A stretch of DNA of 62,086 bases, filler included, from an uncultured Thermoplasmatales archaeon (GCA_964517155.1; 6 parts of 6 records of this genome joined end to end with filler, not necessarily neighbours in it), one strand, 5' to 3'; counted from the first letter of the whole stretch, positions 49,577 to 59,271 are shown. Numbers and translations are program-made. Notes: a model not told the origin generated them from the letters alone.

Positions 49577-49661
49577 TCCATCTCAGATGTTATTGACTGC
49601 TGGCATTTCGCTCTAGGTAAATATTCCCTCCCGCGGCATCTTTAATATTACTATTTTTAAA

Positions 49662-49740
49662 CACCTGCATATACTACTGCACATATTTTTGCATAAACTA
49701 GGTGCATATAAAATATAAATATCTTATAAAAGATTTAAAA
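49662..49740 (+). promoter_or_regulatory. Phased TGCATA array plus TATA upstream of the 94-aa gene
   Basis: TGCATA 49666, TGCACA 49678, TGCATA 49690, TGCATA 49703, then TATAAA-type boxes. Confidence 0.55.
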
Positions 49741-49769
49741 GAGGTTAGTAAAAAATAGGAGGATGTAGG

Positions 49770-50054
49770 ATGGGACTACTGACTACTCTAAAAGAATTTA
49801 ATATTAGGTTTAACCCTAAACCTTGGGCAAACTCCAAAGATTTTACAGCAGAACATACTGATACTGTTGTCAAACTACAAGATACAAACTTTATACAGCA
49901 GCACATAGAAGTTACAAAAAAAGTAGATAAACTTATTGAACAAATGCAACAAAACCCTCAAGTCGGCAAAACAGATATATTTTCAAAGGATGAAGCAAAT
50001 ATTGCCCCCAAAAAAACAACAAATGAATTAGAAAAAACAGTTCTTAGAAAATAA
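49770..50054 (+). CDS. Hypothetical protein (94 aa)
   Basis: AGGAGG RBS; intact ORF; no family recognised. Confidence 0.65.
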   Translation: MGLLTTLKEFNIRFNPKPWANSKDFTAEHTDTVVKLQDTNFIQQHIEVTKKVDKLIEQMQQNPQVGKTDIFSKDEANIAPKKTTNELEKTVLRK

Positions 50055-50219
50055 AAAAATAAAAAGATAATATGCCTTTGCAGCATGCATTTGAATTGAA
50101 GAAAAAACATAAATATCTACAAAATTTTATATACTGAAAACCGTTTAAGAAATATAGGGATGCCGATAGAGTGATTTAGAGAGAGAATTGTTTGTGAAAA
50201 AAGCAGGAAGGGATGAGAT

Positions 50220-53200
50220 CTGTATCTTAAAGAAGTTAGAATGGAAAATTTTAAATCATTTGGTCAGAAACTGACAGTTCCTTTTTTCCCAGGTTTTACA
50301 GCAATCACCGGACCAAACGGCTCTGGTAAAAGCAACATTGCAGATGCTATTTTATTTGTTTTAGGCCCAAAAAGCAGTAAAGTTGTACGTGCCGGCAGGC
50401 TTACAGATTTAATTTTTAATGGTGGTAAAAAACATAAAAACCCTGCAAAATACTGCAGGGTATCACTTGTCTTTGACAATAAAGAACGCAAGATGCCTGT
50501 TGAGTCTGATGAAGTTATTCTCACACGCATGATAAAAAGCGCTCCGCTTAAAAACGATCCTACTAATTATTATAGCAAATTTTACATAAATGAAAAATCT
50601 GCTAATTTCTCTGATTTTATAAATGTTTTAAACCATGCCCGTATGAGCGGAGATGGCTATAATATCGTTAAACAAGGAGATGTTACAAACTTTATTGAGA
50701 TGGGTGGTGTAGACCGTCGCAGATTAATCGACGACATCGCAGGCATCAGCAACTTTGATTCAGATATCAAAAAAGCAGAAAAAGAAAAAGTAGAAGTTGA
50801 TGATAATCTTGAGCGGATTCATATTATTTTAAATGAAATAAATACCCAAATTCGCCAGCTGAAAAACGATCGCGATGCAGCATATAGATACAAAGAATTA
50901 AAAGATAAATTATATGAAACAAAAGCAAAAATTGCTTTAAAGAAAAAACAAGATGTAGAATCTCAAATAGCAGAGATACAAAAACAAATACAGTCTTACG
51001 ATTCAGAAAAAATAAAACTTGATGAAAAAAGCAACAAACTCAAAGAGGAGTATTCTGAAACTCAGAAAAAATTACAGGAAATAGAAAAACAAATTGCAGA
51101 TGTCGGCGGAGATGAAGTAAAAGAAATAAAAGAAAAAATAGACTCTATCAGAAGTGAAGAAATCAAAGTAGAAGAACGAATAAATTATTCAAATGATGAA
51201 ATACAAGAACTTCAAAATGAGCAAAACCAGCTTAATGTAACTCTAGAGAATTTACAAAAAGAACTAGATGAATATAGCTCTGAAAAAGAAAAACTAGAAA
51301 ATGAAATAAAAACAAAACAAGAAACATTAAAAGAAAAAGATGAAGAACTTACAGGTTTAAAAGAAAACATTGCTCAATCTGATGATAAATCAATGGATCT
51401 TACTCATGAACTTGTAAAAATGCGTGAGGAATACAACCAGAAAAACACAGAACTTCATGAGTTTAAACTTAAAAGAGATAGGTTAAATGACAAATTAGAA
51501 TCATTAAACCTTCAAATTGCAGAGCTTGAAGAAACAAAAAATACTTATGCGTTTGAATTAAAAGATATAGAATGGCAAGCAGAAGAATCAAAAAAAGAAG
51601 GAAAAGAAAAAAACAAACAGACACAAACATTTGAGAAAAAACTTTTTGATTATAAGAAAAAAGAAGCAGAGTTAACACAGCAGCTTACAGAAATTGAAAA
51701 TGCAATTAGAAGACTTGAGCGTGAGCAGGCTAAACTACAAGCAGAATTTGATGCAATGCAATCGGTAAGCAGTCAGTATAACCGTGCGGTTCACGAGGTT
51801 TTAAAAGCAAGAAATGAAAAGATTCTCACAGGCATTCATGGAACAATTGCTGAGCTTGCAAAAGTAGATGAAAAATATAAAACAGCACTTGAAATCGCAG
51901 CAGGCGCCCGCATGCAAAGCATTATTGTCAACGATGATGAAGTTGCAGCAAAAGCAATTAAATTTTTGCAGAAACAAAACCTTGGCCGTGCAACATTTTT
52001 ACCATTAAATAAAATGAGCACTGGTAAACCACGGGGTCAAGCACTACTTGTTAAAGATGATCCAACGGCACATGGTTTTGCAATCGATCTTGTCTCATTC
52101 AAACCTGAGTATCAAGGTGCATTTTGGTATGTATTTGGCGATACTCTTGTAGTAGATTCTCTTGAAGATGCTAGAAGGCTTATGGGCGGCGTAAGACTTG
52201 TTGATTTAAAGGGCAGCCTTATTGAGTCAAGCGGCGCTATGGTTGGAGGAAGTGTTTCAAAAGCACATTTATCTTTTAGTAAAGCAGATAGAACAAGATT
52301 AGATGAAATTACAAACGAGCTTAACGCAGCAGTTCAAAGCCAAGAAAAAGTAATACAAGAACTAACAAAAATTAGAAATGAAATAATTGAAACAGAAAAC
52401 AATCTTGGTGAAATGCGCATTAACAGTACAAGTGATATTCAGATTAAAGATTTAGATCTTAGACGAAAAGAATTTACCGGTAAAATTGATATTTTAAATA
52501 AAGATCTTGCAGAAAAAAATAATGAAAAAAATGAACTTTTACAAAAAATTCAAGAGCTTGTAAAAACAATTGATGAATATAAATTAAGACTCAGCGAAAT
52601 TGATAAAACCAAAGAGGAAAAAGGAAAACTTCTTTTGAAAGGAACAAAAAAAGAGTTTGCACAAAAAGCAAGAAGCCTTGAAGAAGAGGTTTCAAAACTG
52701 CAAGAATCAGTTTTAATTCAAAACTCTGATAAAGAAGCATTAATCAAAAAAATTGAGCTTTTAACAGAACGAAAAGACGAAATAAAAAACAATCTTGAAA
52801 ACAAGGAAAAACAGAGCAATACTCTTAAAAAAGGCATAACTGAGCTTAAAGAAAAACGTGCAGGTTTTAGAAACGAACTTGACGCATTAATGAAAGTAGA
52901 AGAACAGATGACTGGTAAAATCAAGGATTACACTCAGAAGCGTGACGGCATTTATCGAAAAACTGTAACCCTTGAAAATGAGCTTGATAAAATCAATACA
53001 CGTGTTGAATCATATTATGATTTAATATCTAGAGCAAAATATAGAATCCCTACCCTTGAGGATGCAATAAAGGAGCTTGAACAAGAGTTAAAACTTTATA
53101 ACGTTGAGTTAAAAGAAGATGAAAAACTTCCAAATGTAGAATCTTTAAAAGACTCTATGAAAGTAACCGAGGAATCAATGCGTGAGCTTGAACCAGTAAA

Positions 53201-53840
53201 TATGAGAGCACTTGAAGAATATGAACATCAAACTGAGCGTAAAAACAAGCTTGATGAAGATGTTAAACATTTAAAGGATCAGAAAAAAAACTTAATTAAA
53301 CTTGTAGATGAAATAACTGATAAGAAAAAAGAAAGATTCTTTGAAGTCTTTGATGCAGTAAATAAAAACTTCAAAGAGGTTTATGCCCAGCTTTCAGAAG
53401 GCGGAGAAGCAGAATTACAGCTTGAAAACACTGATGCAGTCTTTGAAGGCGGAATGACAATTAAGGCTCGTCCGCGTGGTAAAAAAGTACTTCTTTTAAA
53501 TGCTTTATCTGGTGGCGAGAAAAGTATTGCAAGCCTTGCTTTTATCTTTGCGATACAGCATTACGATCCAAGTCCATTTTATGTACTTGATGAAATTGAT
53601 ATGTTTTTAGATGGAATAAATGCTGAAACTGTCAGCCGCATGATTAAACAAAAAGCTCTAGATAGTCAGTTTATTATGGTATCACTGCGCAAAGTTACAC
53701 TCAAAGAAGCAAATCATGTATATGGTGTAACAATGCGCGATACTGGTGTTTCTGAGATGATTGGAAATATCGATCCATCAAATGTAAGTCAAGACGGAGA
53801 ATTCAAATTTGAAGGAGGAAAAATGATTGCAACAACTTAA
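50220..53840 (+). CDS. smc: Chromosome segregation protein SMC (probable CTG start)
   Basis: ENFKSF, GPNGSGKSN, hinge GRATFLPL, LSGGEK signature, YVLDEID; conserved xYLKEVR strand lies upstream of the listed ATG. Confidence 0.96.
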   Translation: MYLKEVRMENFKSFGQKLTVPFFPGFTAITGPNGSGKSNIADAILFVLGPKSSKVVRAGRLTDLIFNGGKKHKNPAKYCRVSLVFDNKERKMPVESDEVILTRMIKSAPLKNDPTNYYSKFYINEKSANFSDFINVLNHARMSGDGYNIVKQGDVTNFIEMGGVDRRRLIDDIAGISNFDSDIKKAEKEKVEVDDNLERIHIILNEINTQIRQLKNDRDAAYRYKELKDKLYETKAKIALKKKQDVESQIAEIQKQIQSYDSEKIKLDEKSNKLKEEYSETQKKLQEIEKQIADVGGDEVKEIKEKIDSIRSEEIKVEERINYSNDEIQELQNEQNQLNVTLENLQKELDEYSSEKEKLENEIKTKQETLKEKDEELTGLKENIAQSDDKSMDLTHELVKMREEYNQKNTELHEFKLKRDRLNDKLESLNLQIAELEETKNTYAFELKDIEWQAEESKKEGKEKNKQTQTFEKKLFDYKKKEAELTQQLTEIENAIRRLEREQAKLQAEFDAMQSVSSQYNRAVHEVLKARNEKILTGIHGTIAELAKVDEKYKTALEIAAGARMQSIIVNDDEVAAKAIKFLQKQNLGRATFLPLNKMSTGKPRGQALLVKDDPTAHGFAIDLVSFKPEYQGAFWYVFGDTLVVDSLEDARRLMGGVRLVDLKGSLIESSGAMVGGSVSKAHLSFSKADRTRLDEITNELNAAVQSQEKVIQELTKIRNEIIETENNLGEMRINSTSDIQIKDLDLRRKEFTGKIDILNKDLAEKNNEKNELLQKIQELVKTIDEYKLRLSEIDKTKEEKGKLLLKGTKKEFAQKARSLEEEVSKLQESVLIQNSDKEALIKKIELLTERKDEIKNNLENKEKQSNTLKKGITELKEKRAGFRNELDALMKVEEQMTGKIKDYTQKRDGIYRKTVTLENELDKINTRVESYYDLISRAKYRIPTLEDAIKELEQELKLYNVELKEDEKLPNVESLKDSMKVTEESMRELEPVNMRALEEYEHQTERKNKLDEDVKHLKDQKKNLIKLVDEITDKKKERFFEVFDAVNKNFKEVYAQLSEGGEAELQLENTDAVFEGGMTIKARPRGKKVLLLNALSGGEKSIASLAFIFAIQHYDPSPFYVLDEIDMFLDGINAETVSRMIKQKALDSQFIMVSLRKVTLKEANHVYGVTMRDTGVSEMIGNIDPSNVSQDGEFKFEGGKMIATT

Positions 53841-54699
53841 AATTGACAATGATGTCATAAACCATTTGCTTTTTCATAAAAGCTTAATCGATGAAAAAGA
53901 TGATGTAGCACGTATAAATCAATATGTTAACATGCTTCAGCAAACAGATTCAGGCGAGCATATATCAATTCAAGATCCTTTTCAAAGAAGCATTGCTATA
54001 GCCTTTGAACTTGTGATACAGCAGCATCTTAATCCTTGGGATTTAGACCTTGTTAGTTTTTCAACGATGTATCTTAAAAAAGCAAAAGAAGAAAAAATAG
54101 ATTTGATAACCGCAGGTAGAATAATTTATATGGCTTGGAAGGTGCTTAAACTGCAAAGCAATGATTTAGTAATTTCTATGGAAAATAAAACAGAATCCTA
54201 TGAGCCTTTTGACTGGGCAGATTTACCAAGTGAACTCTATCTTACAAGTGATGATGCTTATTCTTATACAAATCTAGTAATGAATATGCCTGAAGCACCA
54301 ATAGATGAGCCTCTGCGCCGTGATGCAAAAAGAAAAGTTACTTTAATGGAGCTTTTAACTGCATTTGAGCAGGCAAAAAAAGATGCAGAAGAGTATCAAC
54401 TAATTGATATGCAAAGAAAAAAGGAAAGAGAAAGGATATCTACTCTTGCTCGTAAAAGAATGAAAGGAACCGCCCATGAAGATCATTTAGAAGAAGATAT
54501 ACAGGCGATATGGGAAAGGATTAAAAAACAAAAAAAGAAGACTATGACTCTTACAGATATATGTGAAAAACAAAATCGCGAAGAAATAATAAAGGTTCTA
54601 ATGAGCATTTTGTTTCTCGCATATGATAATAAAGTAACTGTTTATCAGAAAAGTTTTCCATATGGAAAAATTTTTATTAAAAACAAGGGATATAGTTAA
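53827..54699 (+). CDS. scpA: Kleisin ScpA
   Basis: LNPWDLDL, RKVTLMELL..F, ILFLA...V..YQ..FPYG.I; follows smc. Confidence 0.88.
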   Translation: MQQLKIDNDVINHLLFHKSLIDEKDDVARINQYVNMLQQTDSGEHISIQDPFQRSIAIAFELVIQQHLNPWDLDLVSFSTMYLKKAKEEKIDLITAGRIIYMAWKVLKLQSNDLVISMENKTESYEPFDWADLPSELYLTSDDAYSYTNLVMNMPEAPIDEPLRRDAKRKVTLMELLTAFEQAKKDAEEYQLIDMQRKKERERISTLARKRMKGTAHEDHLEEDIQAIWERIKKQKKKTMTLTDICEKQNREEIIKVLMSILFLAYDNKVTVYQKSFPYGKIFIKNKGYS

Positions 54700-54718
54700 A
54701 AGATGTGGGGTAAAAGAT

Positions 54719-55249
54719 ATGGGTGTTAAAGAAAAACGCCTAGTTGAAAGTGTGCTGTTTTCTGCAAGTAAACCAGTTAGTGTAAACGAAATAAAAGAGG
54801 CAACAAGCCTCAGTCGCAACCAAATTAAAACTACTCTTGAAGAATTGATACAAGATTATAATGTTACTCGTAAAAATGAAACAAGCATGGAAGTTATAAA
54901 AGCAGGTGATAAATTTATAATGCAGGTGAAAAAACAGTATGCCGAGCAAAGTGTTATGATTTCAAAACCTGAAATTGAAAGTAATCTTTTAAAAACTCTT
55001 ACACTTATTGCTTTTCATCAACCTGTTAAACAGTCAAACCTGCGCCGTATGATTGGTCCAAAAGCATATGATCATGTCGACGAGCTTGTAGGACATAAGC
55101 TTATACATACAAAAAAACATGGTGCAACAGAGATGCTTACTACAACTAAACTTTTTCCTGAGTATTTTGGTATCAATTCAACCAATCCTAATGAAATTAA
55201 AACGTTTCTTATGAAAAAAGTAGCAAATAACGCAAGCAAAAAAGAATAA
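54719..55249 (+). CDS. scpB: SMC-Scp subunit ScpB
   Basis: VESVLFSA.KPV, LKTLTLIAFHQPVKQS, TT..F.EYFG. Confidence 0.92.
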   Translation: MGVKEKRLVESVLFSASKPVSVNEIKEATSLSRNQIKTTLEELIQDYNVTRKNETSMEVIKAGDKFIMQVKKQYAEQSVMISKPEIESNLLKTLTLIAFHQPVKQSNLRRMIGPKAYDHVDELVGHKLIHTKKHGATEMLTTTKLFPEYFGINSTNPNEIKTFLMKKVANNASKKE

Positions 55250-55346
55250 AAAAATATTGTTTTTTTAATTATTGATAATAGTTGTAAAGAAACTGGGATA
55301 GAATTGCACAATAAAGCCTTTTAAACCCTTTTTACAAAGTATAATT

Positions 55347-55460
55347 TAGAGTTGGAACCTCGGGGGAGAAAAAAAATAATTTTTTCTCATCCTTTCACCT
55401 CCTCTCCTTACCACCTCCTAAATTCTCCCCCCTAGTCCAACACTAAACAAGTTTTTTATT
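55347..55460 (+). ncRNA. Candidate ~100-nt small RNA with anti-Shine-Dalgarno loops
   Basis: TTTTAAA box ~28 nt upstream, closing stems GTTGGA/TCCAAC and GGGGGAGAA/TTCTCCCCC, internal TCACCTCCT and CACCTCCT, downstream T tract. Confidence 0.55.
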
Positions 55461-55524
55461 TAAAAACAATAATATTTTTTCAATAGATTTATACAATAAA
55501 AAAATATACACCTAAATAGGATGC

Positions 55525-56289
55525 ATGGTTGATAAAGAAAAACTTTATGATAAAATAAAAGACATACAAACAAAAGATGAGTTTGAAAAAAATATAAATC
55601 AGATTCAAAAAGAATATGATTTTCTTTTTGATGAAAACACAGCAGCATTTTTAATAGTCGACGAACTAGGTAGAAACAAAGAAAACATATATAAAATAGC
55701 AGATCTAAAAGATGGAATTGAATGTACATTAAAAGGAAAAGTAACAAAGATAAATAATACACGAAGTTTTAACAGGAAAAATGGTTCAAACGGTCGCGTT
55801 GTAAACATAGAACTATCTGATGAAACAGGAAAATGCACTCTTGTTTTATGGAATAAAGATGTGGAGCTTATCAAAAACAAAAAAATAAAAAAAGAAAGTA
55901 TCGTAAAAATTATAAATGGATATGTTAAAAACGGTTATACAGGTCTTGAAATAAATGTTGGAAGATATGGTTTAATAAATATCCTGCAAGAAGATGAAAT
56001 AGAAGTCAAAAAAATAAATAACTCTGAGAATCTAGTCAAGGGAGAAATAACAGATATTCAGCCAACACGTGCTTTTTTTAAAGATAATGGAGAGTTTGGT
56101 TTTGTATCAAATGTTACTATAAAATCTAAAGGAAAAGATTTAGAAATAACATTTTGGAATGAAAAAGTAAAAGAGATACAAAATTTTAAGATTGGTCAAA
56201 AAATTCAGATAGAAAACATAGATAAAAGACAAAAAAACGGAAATATAGAACTTCATTTAAATGGTGCTGGAAAAATCAAAAAAATTTAA
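55525..56289 (+). CDS. Replication protein A-like OB-fold ssDNA-binding protein
   Basis: AA.LIVDELG, F.RKNGSNGRV.NIELSDETG..LVLW, second OB fold. Confidence 0.85.
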   Translation: MVDKEKLYDKIKDIQTKDEFEKNINQIQKEYDFLFDENTAAFLIVDELGRNKENIYKIADLKDGIECTLKGKVTKINNTRSFNRKNGSNGRVVNIELSDETGKCTLVLWNKDVELIKNKKIKKESIVKIINGYVKNGYTGLEINVGRYGLINILQEDEIEVKKINNSENLVKGEITDIQPTRAFFKDNGEFGFVSNVTIKSKGKDLEITFWNEKVKEIQNFKIGQKIQIENIDKRQKNGNIELHLNGAGKIKKI

Positions 56290-56618
56290 CATCCACCTTG
56301 AACGTATTTTTTGTTTTTTTCAAGAGCACGTTGCGCTCTTTGAATTTCTCGTCCAATGTACATATAATGCTCCGGTAAAAGACTTGGCACATTTTTTGCA
56401 ATAGTATCACATAGTGCATCTGTTTTTTTGCCGATAAATACTTTTTTTAGAATACCTGATGCTATTTTTTTACCCTTATAAACATTTGAATAATATTCCA
56501 CCCTTATTTGCTCTTCTTTTCTATCTACTTCTATTACAAAAAAACCGTTTTTATCAAGTTTAACATCTTTTTCGGGTGTTTTTACTGCTTTTATCAAAGG
56601 TATTTTTTTTTCAACCAT
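56286..56618 (-). CDS. DUF4346 family protein
   Basis: LDKNGFFVIEVD...EHYMYIGREIQRA..AL.....YVQ. Confidence 0.8.
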   Translation of the reverse strand: MVEKKIPLIKAVKTPEKDVKLDKNGFFVIEVDRKEEQIRVEYYSNVYKGKKIASGILKKVFIGKKTDALCDTIAKNVPSLLPEHYMYIGREIQRAQRALEKNKKYVQGGC

Positions 56619-57504
56619 AAACTTCACGACATGCTTTTACAAGGTTTTTAAGTTTTTCAAAAGCAATATCTCTGGCAAGCATCCTAAGCCCGCAATCTGG
56701 AGATATCTGAACTATTTTACCATTAAATATTTCATTTCCCTTCTTTAGATGTTTTACTATTTCATCTACTGATTCAATTCTTGCATCATCTGATCTGACA
56801 GAACCTAAACATATTTTTTTAGAAAAAGCATATTTTTTAAAATGTTCAAAGAGCTGCGGCTTTGCTTTAAACTCATGAGATAATATATCAACTGGTATTT
56901 CAAGGACGTTGGGTATTATCTCTGATACATCCCCGCATACATGCAAACGAGTTGTAATATTTACATTTTTAAGCACTGTTTTCATGAGTTCTTTTGCATA
57001 ATCAGGCATCTCAACAGAATAAAAAGGCTCATCGACACTAATTATATCTACATGTTTTTGTAGATTTAATACTTCATGATTTAATGCTCGGGCTAAATCA
57101 AATGCAAGTTCTTTCTCATCATTATAAAATAAATTAACACTTGACTTCATCAACGTATAAGGACCTGCAACAAGGCCTACTACCCCATGTTTTTTTGGTA
57201 TAATGCTTTTAACATAAATCTGATCTTTAACAGTTATAGGCTCACGATATTCAACTTTATCAATTATTTCAGGCCTGTTTCTAATGCGACAGCCGTTTAG
57301 CCTTCGCAAAAAAATATTTACAAAAGGATCTCTCGTTTGTCCATCTGAAACAATGTCAATTCCTGCTTTTATCATATCTTCTAATGCAGAATTGATATAT
57401 TTATTCCATGAAACAGTTTCTTGAACATTATATTTTTTAAAAAACTCTAAATTATCAAAATCAACAGGATAACTACCAATTACTGTTGTTTTAACCTTGT
57501 TCAT
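56611..57504 (-). CDS. Core (single-barrel) methionine synthase, archaeal MesA/MetE C-terminal type
   Basis: TTVIGSYP, VSDGQ.R, GPYTL, DEP, Zn ligands HVCG, E and PDCG. Confidence 0.88.
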   Translation of the reverse strand: MNKVKTTVIGSYPVDFDNLEFFKKYNVQETVSWNKYINSALEDMIKAGIDIVSDGQTRDPFVNIFLRRLNGCRIRNRPEIIDKVEYREPITVKDQIYVKSIIPKKHGVVGLVAGPYTLMKSSVNLFYNDEKELAFDLARALNHEVLNLQKHVDIISVDEPFYSVEMPDYAKELMKTVLKNVNITTRLHVCGDVSEIIPNVLEIPVDILSHEFKAKPQLFEHFKKYAFSKKICLGSVRSDDARIESVDEIVKHLKKGNEIFNGKIVQISPDCGLRMLARDIAFEKLKNLVKACREVYG

Positions 57505-57935
57505 TTCAAAAATTTCCTCCGTGGATGATTGATATCTGGTGTTATTCCGAAATAGTTTTCAGTGTATTCTGAGACAAGTATATCTTGCCAAGCAATTATA
57601 GGAAACACTATATCTGAGTTTTCAACAGGGCCATATATTGCAAAATCTCCACCAAAAAGTGGTATATTGATATTGCTCGCTGCATCAACAATTCTTCGGG
57701 CGTCTTCAAAATCGTTTAACCATTTAGATTTTTCAACTACATTATGTATAGCACAGCCCACAGGTAGGCCATATTCTTCTTTTATCACAGGTATTGCAGA
57801 TATTGCAGCACCACTATTATCACCAGGTGCCATGGCAGCGGTATCTATCAAAATCTTTTTGATTCCCACCTGTTTTGTAAGCTTGAGTAATCCTATATCT
57901 AAAAGGTTTGCACCATTTTCTAAAACCTCTATTTT
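57501..57935 (-). CDS. mtrH: MtrH-family methyltransferase, 5' end cut by the gap
   Basis: KIEVLENG..GLL...GIKKILID.A..PG..SG....KEEYGLPVG.AIHN...GGDF..YGPVEN...HP. Confidence 0.85.
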   Translation of the reverse strand, partial: KIEVLENGANLLDIGLLKLTKQVGIKKILIDTAAMAPGDNSGAAISAIPVIKEEYGLPVGCAIHNVVEKSKWLNDFEDARRIVDAASNINIPLFGGDFAIYGPVENSDIVFPIIAWQDILVSEYTENYFGITPDINHPRRKFLK

Positions 57936-58035
57936 NNNNNNNNNNNNNNNNNNNNNNNNNNNNNNNNNNNNNNNNNNNNTTAATTAATTAANNNNNNNNN
58001 NNNNNNNNNNNNNNNNNNNNNNNNNNNNNNNNNNN
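57936..58035. other. Artificial contig linker
   Basis: N run containing TTAATTAATTAA. Confidence 0.98.
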
Positions 58036-59271
58036 GGACTTGTAAGCGGTGCATGTTTTGCATCACTTGGACATAATGTCATTTGTGTTGATGTTGACAG
58101 AAAAAAAGTTGATTTGATAAATAAAAGTATTTCACCTATATATGAAAAAGGATTAACAGAACTACTTAAAAAAAGTAAGGATAAACTCACTGCAACAACT
58201 GATTACCAATATGCAATACAAAATTCAGATGTTACATTTATCTGTGTAGGAACGCCTTCTAAAAAAACAGGTGAAATAGATTTAACATATATTAAAAAAT
58301 CATCTGAGGAGGTTGCCCGGGAAATTAAAAACAAGATGTCTTTTCACGTTGTTGTTGTAAAAAGTACAGTGGTTCCTGGTACAACTTCTGAGGTTGTACT
58401 TCCATTACTTGAAAAGTATTCTTTGAAAAAAGCAGGAATTGATTTTGGGCTTGGTATGAACCCTGAGTTCCTGCGAGAAGGTGTAGCAGTTGATGATTTT
58501 TTGCATCCTGATAGAGTTGTAAATGGTTTTTATGATACAAAAACCAAAGAAATACTTGGTGAACTGTATAAAGATTTTTCTTGTCCAATAGTTGAAACTT
58601 CGCTTTCAGCCGCTGAAATGATAAAATATGCAAGTAACTGCTTCTTAGCAACAAAGATTAGTTTTATCAATGAACTTGGTAATCTTTGTAAGAAACTTGG
58701 AATTGACACCTATGAAGTAGCAGATGGTATGGGACTTGATAAGCGTATTGAACGATCGTTTCTAAATGCAGGTATCGGCTGGGGCGGAAGTTGTTTTCCT
58801 AAAGATGTATATGCGTTGATAACATTGGGTGATAAAAAGAATGTATCATGTGAAATCATGAAAAGTGCAGTACTTGTAAACAGTCAGCAGCCGTTGCGGT
58901 TAATCGACTTATTAAAAAAACATATCCCTGTTTTAAAAGATAAAAAAATCGCAGTCCTGGGTCTTGCTTTTAAACCAGATACAGATGATATACGTGATAC
59001 CCGGGCAAAACCAATAATTGATAAATTATTAGAAGAAAAAGCAAAAGTACAAGCATATGATCCGCAGGCAATAGATAACTTTAGAAAAATACATCCCAGT
59101 ATAAACTATTGTAAAACTGCAGAAGATGCAATTAAAGACGCAGATGCGGTTCTTCTGACGACTGAATGGGCTGAATTTAGAAAACTTGATTTTTCTGGTA
59201 AAATTGTTATAGACGGTCGTAGAGTAAAAGAAGCAGAAAACGCTAAAGTTTATGAAGGTGTGTGTTGGTAG
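58036..59271 (+). CDS. ugd: UDP-glucose/GDP-mannose dehydrogenase family protein (5' end cut)
   Basis: Frame open from the gap (GLVSGACFA); CVGTP, KSTVVPGT, NPEFLREG, GWGGSCFPKD, AFKPDTDDIR. Confidence 0.92.
   Translation, partial: GLVSGACFASLGHNVICVDVDRKKVDLINKSISPIYEKGLTELLKKSKDKLTATTDYQYAIQNSDVTFICVGTPSKKTGEIDLTYIKKSSEEVAREIKNKMSFHVVVVKSTVVPGTTSEVVLPLLEKYSLKKAGIDFGLGMNPEFLREGVAVDDFLHPDRVVNGFYDTKTKEILGELYKDFSCPIVETSLSAAEMIKYASNCFLATKISFINELGNLCKKLGIDTYEVADGMGLDKRIERSFLNAGIGWGGSCFPKDVYALITLGDKKNVSCEIMKSAVLVNSQQPLRLIDLLKKHIPVLKDKKIAVLGLAFKPDTDDIRDTRAKPIIDKLLEEKAKVQAYDPQAIDNFRKIHPSINYCKTAEDAIKDADAVLLTTEWAEFRKLDFSGKIVIDGRRVKEAENAKVYEGVCW

Noticed and set aside
57501..57935. mtrH as evidence of methanogenesis
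   Set aside because: MtrH homologs are common in non-methanogens; no mcr or membrane Mtr subunits are visible and the context is methionine synthesis.
57562..58190. ORFs running into X residues
   Set aside because: They span the linker and are antisense to mtrH or ugd.
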